Notes under the pieces: model-generated
The model's database searches: none
The model's input: only the letters and a program-made list of their open reading frames with translations
Told to the model about the DNA's origin: nothing
Shown: in pieces, positions 58,702 through 64,000 of the stretch
Numbering within the stretch: the stretch's first letter is position 1
How the letters are laid out: each line of letters begins with the position of its first letter
NCBI GenBank assembly: GCA_030682405.1
Contig: JAUXOF010000082.1
Span: forward strand, 1,211-65,210
From: Thermodesulfovibrionales bacterium
GTDB lineage: Bacteria; Nitrospirota; Thermodesulfovibrionia; Thermodesulfovibrionales; JdFR-86
Length of the DNA stretch: 64,000 nt
Direction of reading: 5' to 3'
Program-made: the position numbers and the translations under genes

Positions 58702-59757
58702 ATGGGAGAAGCGCCATTAAAGGAAGTGAATTTTTCAGGCAAACTGTCCCTTACGTGCAAGTACGGAGAAAACGGCTATCAGGTGCCTGCTGCACTTTAT
58801 GCCTCAGGCTCGGACGACCCGCTTTCCCTTGATAAGTTTACGATTGTGGCGGGCACGGAGCCCAGTTACAACAACCTCTGCGACCTCGACCGCCTGCTTC
58901 AGACGGTAACGCACATTGCCGCCTCCTTTGAGGTCAACAGGGGCCGTGTGCCGTTTATCTCGGTGGGAGTAAAACACGGAAACCCCTGCGGGGCCGCAAT
59001 CTCGTACGACAATGCCATTGATGTCGCACAGAAGATGATAATGGGCGACCCGCTTGCCATATTCGGCGGCCTTATAATGCTGAATTTCCCGGTAAGCGAG
59101 GAGATTGCCGAGGTGCTTTCCACCCACGGCGTGCCCGAAGGCCAGAGAAGGCCGCTTGACGGCATTATCGCCCCTGAGTTTCACGAAGGCGCTGTCGGCA
59201 TGTTCAAGCGCAAGGGAGACAAGTGCAGGCTGATTATAAACCCGCATCTTCAGGGTCTGGGGCTTCGGAGCCTCGACAGTGCGCTGCGTTTCCGCCATGT
59301 GAGGGGGGGCATCCTTGCCCAGCCCAACTATACGTTTGTTTTGGACCTGAAGGACCCGGAGCTGAAAAAATACGGGCAGGCCGCGGCAGGGCAGGAAGAC
59401 GACATGCTTTTGGCAAAGGCCATAGGAGACACAAGCAACTCTAACACGATTACGATAGTCCGCCACGGCCAGCTCATAGCAAACGGCGTGGGCCAGCAGG
59501 CAAGGGTGAGAGGGGCCAATCTTGCGGTAAACCTTGTGTCGTATTCCGACCACGAGTCCGAAGGCGCCTCGGCCTCAAGCGACAGCTTCTTCCCGTTTAT
59601 AGACGGCATAGAGGTGCTCCAGAAGGCCGGCATCAAGGCGATTATAGGTACGAGCGGCTCGGTCAAAGACCCGGAGGTCGTCAATTACTGCGAGGACAAG
59701 GGCATAGTCCTCTACCATATTCCGGATAAAAAGGCGCGGGGTTTCTTCGGACATTAG
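58702..59757 (+). CDS. purH: AICAR transformylase domain protein (PurH-like, no MGS/IMP cyclohydrolase domain)
   Basis: VKHGNPCGAA, and C-terminal SDSFFPF..DGIE...AGIKAIIGTSGSVKD...RGFFGH. Only 351 aa. Confidence 0.75.
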   Translation: MGEAPLKEVNFSGKLSLTCKYGENGYQVPAALYASGSDDPLSLDKFTIVAGTEPSYNNLCDLDRLLQTVTHIAASFEVNRGRVPFISVGVKHGNPCGAAISYDNAIDVAQKMIMGDPLAIFGGLIMLNFPVSEEIAEVLSTHGVPEGQRRPLDGIIAPEFHEGAVGMFKRKGDKCRLIINPHLQGLGLRSLDSALRFRHVRGGILAQPNYTFVLDLKDPELKKYGQAAAGQEDDMLLAKAIGDTSNSNTITIVRHGQLIANGVGQQARVRGANLAVNLVSYSDHESEGASASSDSFFPFIDGIEVLQKAGIKAIIGTSGSVKDPEVVNYCEDKGIVLYHIPDKKARGFFGH

Positions 59758-59788
59758 ATAAAAGGCGGGGCGGTGAAAGCGCCAAAGG

Positions 59789-61966
59789 TCAGTACCACAT
59801 CCTCGCCTCAAAGTCGGCAGTAGGCACGGTAAGGCTTATTAAGCCCCGCCAAGGGCAGCGCTCAACCTGCAGCGAATCCCTGTTGACGGTTACGCATATG
59901 TTAAGCTCATCGCCGCCCTCCGCCTTTATAAGGGAAAACGGTATGCCGGCTTCAAGTATCTCGCCCACGGCGAAGTCCATGCCGTCAGCCCTTTTAATCC
60001 ATTCCTTGCCCGACCTCTCAAACAGTCCGGCCCCGTGTTGCTTCGTAATCGGCATTTCGAGCCTGAACTCATGAGGCCTTATTATGTTTATGCAGATTGC
60101 CGAGTCTTCCGGGAACTCGGCGTAAGGGATTTTCGGGTCAACCCTGATATAGAGGTTTTGGGCGTCAAATCCGTAATGTATTTCCGAGATAAGGCTCTCC
60201 GCCTTGTGCATCGAGCCGCCGGATTCCCCGACGCTCAGGGACGCCGCCTGATACCACTCGAAATATCCTGTGACCTGACCGTCCATCTTCGGGGTTATGA
60301 ACCCCCGTATCTCTTTTTGCGGGGCCACCACCCTGTCCTCCCTCGCTATCGGCACATAGAGGCGCTGGGGCGGTTTTTCCCCTATAGAATCGTAGACCTT
60401 AAGGAGATTTGACCTGTAAAGCTCGTCGAACTCCTTCTGCATCTCGGTTACGTGCTCGTCCCCGTACCACCAGTTCCAGTCGCTTCCCTCGGCAATGTAT
60501 ATGGAGCGCCATGCGCTGCCGGTGTCCGCGCCGGGGTTGCGGGAGGAGAACTCGGAGAGGGCATCCCTTGCGTCTTTAAGATAGTCCCACGACAGGTTGT
60601 CCTCCTTGTGCCCTATCCATGTGCTGAAATTCGCATAAATCCATGAGCCTGAATGAAGCCTCTTAAGCCCCTCGGCCTCCGGGTTTTCCCTGAGGTGTTC
60701 GGAGACGGTCACCGTCCTAAGACGCTCCTCCTTTGAGAGCCCCTCGTAGAGGTGCATAAGGAAATCCCTGCCGTCGTTCCTGTAGTGTTCCCATGCGTTT
60801 TCGCCGTCCAATATTATGGGGACGATGTAGCCGCCCTTTTTTGGGGGGAGGCTCTTTCTTATGCCAATGAGGTTGTCTATCATGTTTTTAGCCGCTTCCT
60901 TCGGCTGCCACCCGGAATATACAAAGCCTATGAGGTCCGAAAGCCCGTGGTCCCTGAAGATGATGTTGACGCCTGAAAACTCATATGCCCTGTAGAGGGT
61001 TTCAGGCTCGGCAATATGCCCTGTTTTGTTTCTCAGGACCCTTCCGAGCGACGCCCCGAGGACTTCTTCGTCCGTTGCCGCCCACCGTATCCCTTCCTCT
61101 TTCATAAGCGCAAGCACGGCCTCGGATACTGAGCCTTCGGAGGGCCACATCCCCTCCGGCCTCCGGCCAAATGTCTTCTGGAAGTAATCCAGCCCCATGC
61201 GTATCTGCGCTGCGGCGTCTTCGGGATGCCGGAACCTTTCCCTTGGAAGGCGTGCATCGGGCATGGCCTCCTTTGCGGAATGAGTGTCCGCAAGGAGAGG
61301 AAGTATGGGGTGATAAAAAGGGGATGTGGAAAGCTCTATCTGCCCTGCGTCCCAGAGTTCCCGATACTCAGGCACTATCTTCCTGATTATCTCGGTATGT
61401 TTTTCAATGACCACGGCCTTTTCCTCTTCGGTAAAGCCGCGGCCTTTTTTTATCAGTTCCGAGAGGGCGGGGTCGTTTTGCCTCAGATGGGGGTCTATCC
61501 ATGCGAGGTTGAACAGCACCTGAAGGTCGTGGAAATCGGTTTCAGTGAAATACCTTGCGCGGTTTCTTATTTCACCCCTCGGGGTTCTGAGTCCCCTTTT
61601 TTCGAGGAGTTCGCAGTAGCGCGGAAGTGGCCTTATCATCATGTCCCAGTTTGCGAAGAAGAAGTTCTCAAGCAGGAATGCCCTGTCGTCCTCGGACAGG
61701 GACGCCGCCGGCTTTTTGGTCATCTCAAGGAAGGAGTCCCTTACGTTGTTTTCAGCATAGTCCTGAAGCTGCTCAAGGAGCGAGGGGACGAGATTGAAGG
61801 TCTGCCTTACGGCGGGGAATTCCCTCAGCACCGCCGCCATGTCCAGATAGTCTTTTGTGCCGTGAAGCCTTACCCACGGGAGCCTGTAGTCCCCTGTAAA
61901 TGGGTCTTTGTAATACGGCTGGTGCATGTGCCAGATGAAAGCGACATTAAGCGGGCTATCTGTCAT
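59789..61966 (-). CDS. Glycoside hydrolase family 57 protein (alpha-amylase / branching-enzyme-like)
   Basis: N-terminal FIWHMHQPYY, and EGSVS...W.ATDE pattern typical of GH57. 725 aa. Confidence 0.8.
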   Translation of the reverse strand: MTDSPLNVAFIWHMHQPYYKDPFTGDYRLPWVRLHGTKDYLDMAAVLREFPAVRQTFNLVPSLLEQLQDYAENNVRDSFLEMTKKPAASLSEDDRAFLLENFFFANWDMMIRPLPRYCELLEKRGLRTPRGEIRNRARYFTETDFHDLQVLFNLAWIDPHLRQNDPALSELIKKGRGFTEEEKAVVIEKHTEIIRKIVPEYRELWDAGQIELSTSPFYHPILPLLADTHSAKEAMPDARLPRERFRHPEDAAAQIRMGLDYFQKTFGRRPEGMWPSEGSVSEAVLALMKEEGIRWAATDEEVLGASLGRVLRNKTGHIAEPETLYRAYEFSGVNIIFRDHGLSDLIGFVYSGWQPKEAAKNMIDNLIGIRKSLPPKKGGYIVPIILDGENAWEHYRNDGRDFLMHLYEGLSKEERLRTVTVSEHLRENPEAEGLKRLHSGSWIYANFSTWIGHKEDNLSWDYLKDARDALSEFSSRNPGADTGSAWRSIYIAEGSDWNWWYGDEHVTEMQKEFDELYRSNLLKVYDSIGEKPPQRLYVPIAREDRVVAPQKEIRGFITPKMDGQVTGYFEWYQAASLSVGESGGSMHKAESLISEIHYGFDAQNLYIRVDPKIPYAEFPEDSAICINIIRPHEFRLEMPITKQHGAGLFERSGKEWIKRADGMDFAVGEILEAGIPFSLIKAEGGDELNICVTVNRDSLQVERCPWRGLISLTVPTADFEARMWY

Positions 61967-62282
61967 AAAGGAAGATATACTCGTCAGGCCTTGAGAGGCC
62001 GAAGTCTTCCCTTGAATATTTCTCCATCAGGAAGTCGTTTTCCTTGTAGGACTTTATAGAGGCCCTGAGCCTGGTGTTTTCCTCGCCCATCCGGCGCACC
62101 TCCTGCCGGAGTTCAGCCTGCCTTCCGAGGAGCTTCTTGTATCTGAGCCAGCCGGTGTCGCTGAAGAGAAGGTTTGCCGCTATGTAAAGCAGGCTCAAGA
62201 GCAATGATGTCAGTATGACGTAGCGTCTTTTTTTCAGCTCCGCCCTGACCTGCTTCCCCAAACGGTTATTTGAGTCCATCAC
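61956..62282 (-). CDS. ftsB: Septum formation initiator (FtsB/DivIC family)
   Basis: N-terminal TM, coiled coil, and the usual position directly downstream of eno. Confidence 0.7.
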   Translation of the reverse strand: MMDSNNRLGKQVRAELKKRRYVILTSLLLSLLYIAANLLFSDTGWLRYKKLLGRQAELRQEVRRMGEENTRLRASIKSYKENDFLMEKYSREDFGLSRPDEYIFLYDR

Positions 62283-62288
62283 CTCGGA

Positions 62289-63575
<1,287 letters not shown>

Positions 63576-63600
63576 TCAAGTGTTTGTCGGGCCGCATAAT

Positions 63601-64000
63601 TCAACCCTCGGTGTACTGCCTTATGACCGCCTTTGCCTTTTCAACGTCAATCGGCCTGTCTGCAAGCTCGGACCTGCTTTGGAGGTGCCTCAGTGTGGTC
63701 TCAAGGTATATCCTGAAATGCCGGCATTTCTCCAGCGTCGCCTCGTCTTCGTCTTGGGCTATGTCCTCGGGCCGGACCTTTGCCATCTCGTTAAAGAACG
63801 CTGAGAACTCCTCATAGTCGTCGTGCCTGAGGAGCTTAAACGTGAAGCTCTCAAAGTATGCCATGAAGCTCTTAATAGAGGCGAATGCTCGGGCCTGCCC
63901 CGTGCTGAGAGGAGGGCTTTCCTGAAACTCCGAGATGAGCCTCTCAAAGGTATATATGTCCTGCCTGAGCTTAAGCGACTGTTCGAGCTTTGTCACAAAG
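63601..64000 (-). CDS. Hypothetical protein, N-terminus possibly beyond the window
   Basis: Open frame to the window edge. No recognisable motif. Confidence 0.3.
   Translation of the reverse strand, partial: FVTKLEQSLKLRQDIYTFERLISEFQESPPLSTGQARAFASIKSFMAYFESFTFKLLRHDDYEEFSAFFNEMAKVRPEDIAQDEDEATLEKCRHFRIYLETTLRHLQSRSELADRPIDVEKAKAVIRQYTEG

Overview
This is a chromosomal segment next to the replication origin of a moderately GC-rich bacterium. Codon usage is rich in AGG, AGA and ATA. The gene content suggests an anaerobe: a triheme c-type cytochrome, a YedF-type selenium gene and a GH57 glycoside hydrolase.

The housekeeping backbone is clear from the translations:
- Replication and DNA topology: dnaA, dnaN, gyrB and gyrA, with a candidate oriC between dnaA and prfB.
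- Translation and membrane insertion: prfB (with its programmed +1 frameshift), rpmH-yidD-yidC, lepA-lepB and rsmI.
- Biosynthesis and metabolism: trpB/trpA, accD, hisI, ribE-ribBA, pdxA, a purH-type AICAR transformylase, eno and ftsB.
- Envelope, transport and signalling: a P-type ATPase, a DUF4390/NtrY-like/NtrX-like operon, SurA/PpiC chaperones, and c-di-GMP proteins (GAF-HD-GYP and REC-PilZ).

Several visibly AT-richer accessory insertions interrupt this backbone (composition judged by eye, not computed):
1. A Dam-like methyltransferase plus a PD-(D/E)XK endonuclease, forming a type II R-M pair (4.3-6.4 kb).
2. A translationally coupled three-gene nuclease cassette wedged exactly between trpB and trpA (9.2-10.8 kb).
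3. A stack of small toxin-antitoxin-like modules (12.1-13.7 kb).
4. A promoter, a 54-aa double-glycine-type peptide ORF and a 531-aa papain/C39-like protein between gyrB and dnaN (16.3-18.2 kb).
5. A hicB-hicA-HEPN-like cassette bracketed by two copies of a 16-bp perfect palindrome (23.0-24.3 kb).
6. An island with brnTA, an hsdR remnant and a TIR-domain protein, bracketed by inverted IS30-like transposase remnants (53.1-55.5 kb).

Two further findings stand out. A MerT-like membrane protein next to yedF has an in-frame TGA at the position of the MerT Cys-Cys motif, followed by a SECIS-like hairpin, so it is a candidate selenoprotein. rnpA is missing between rpmH and yidD.

I found no rRNA genes, tRNA genes or CRISPR arrays. 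All functional calls rest on motif recognition by eye. No database search was run.
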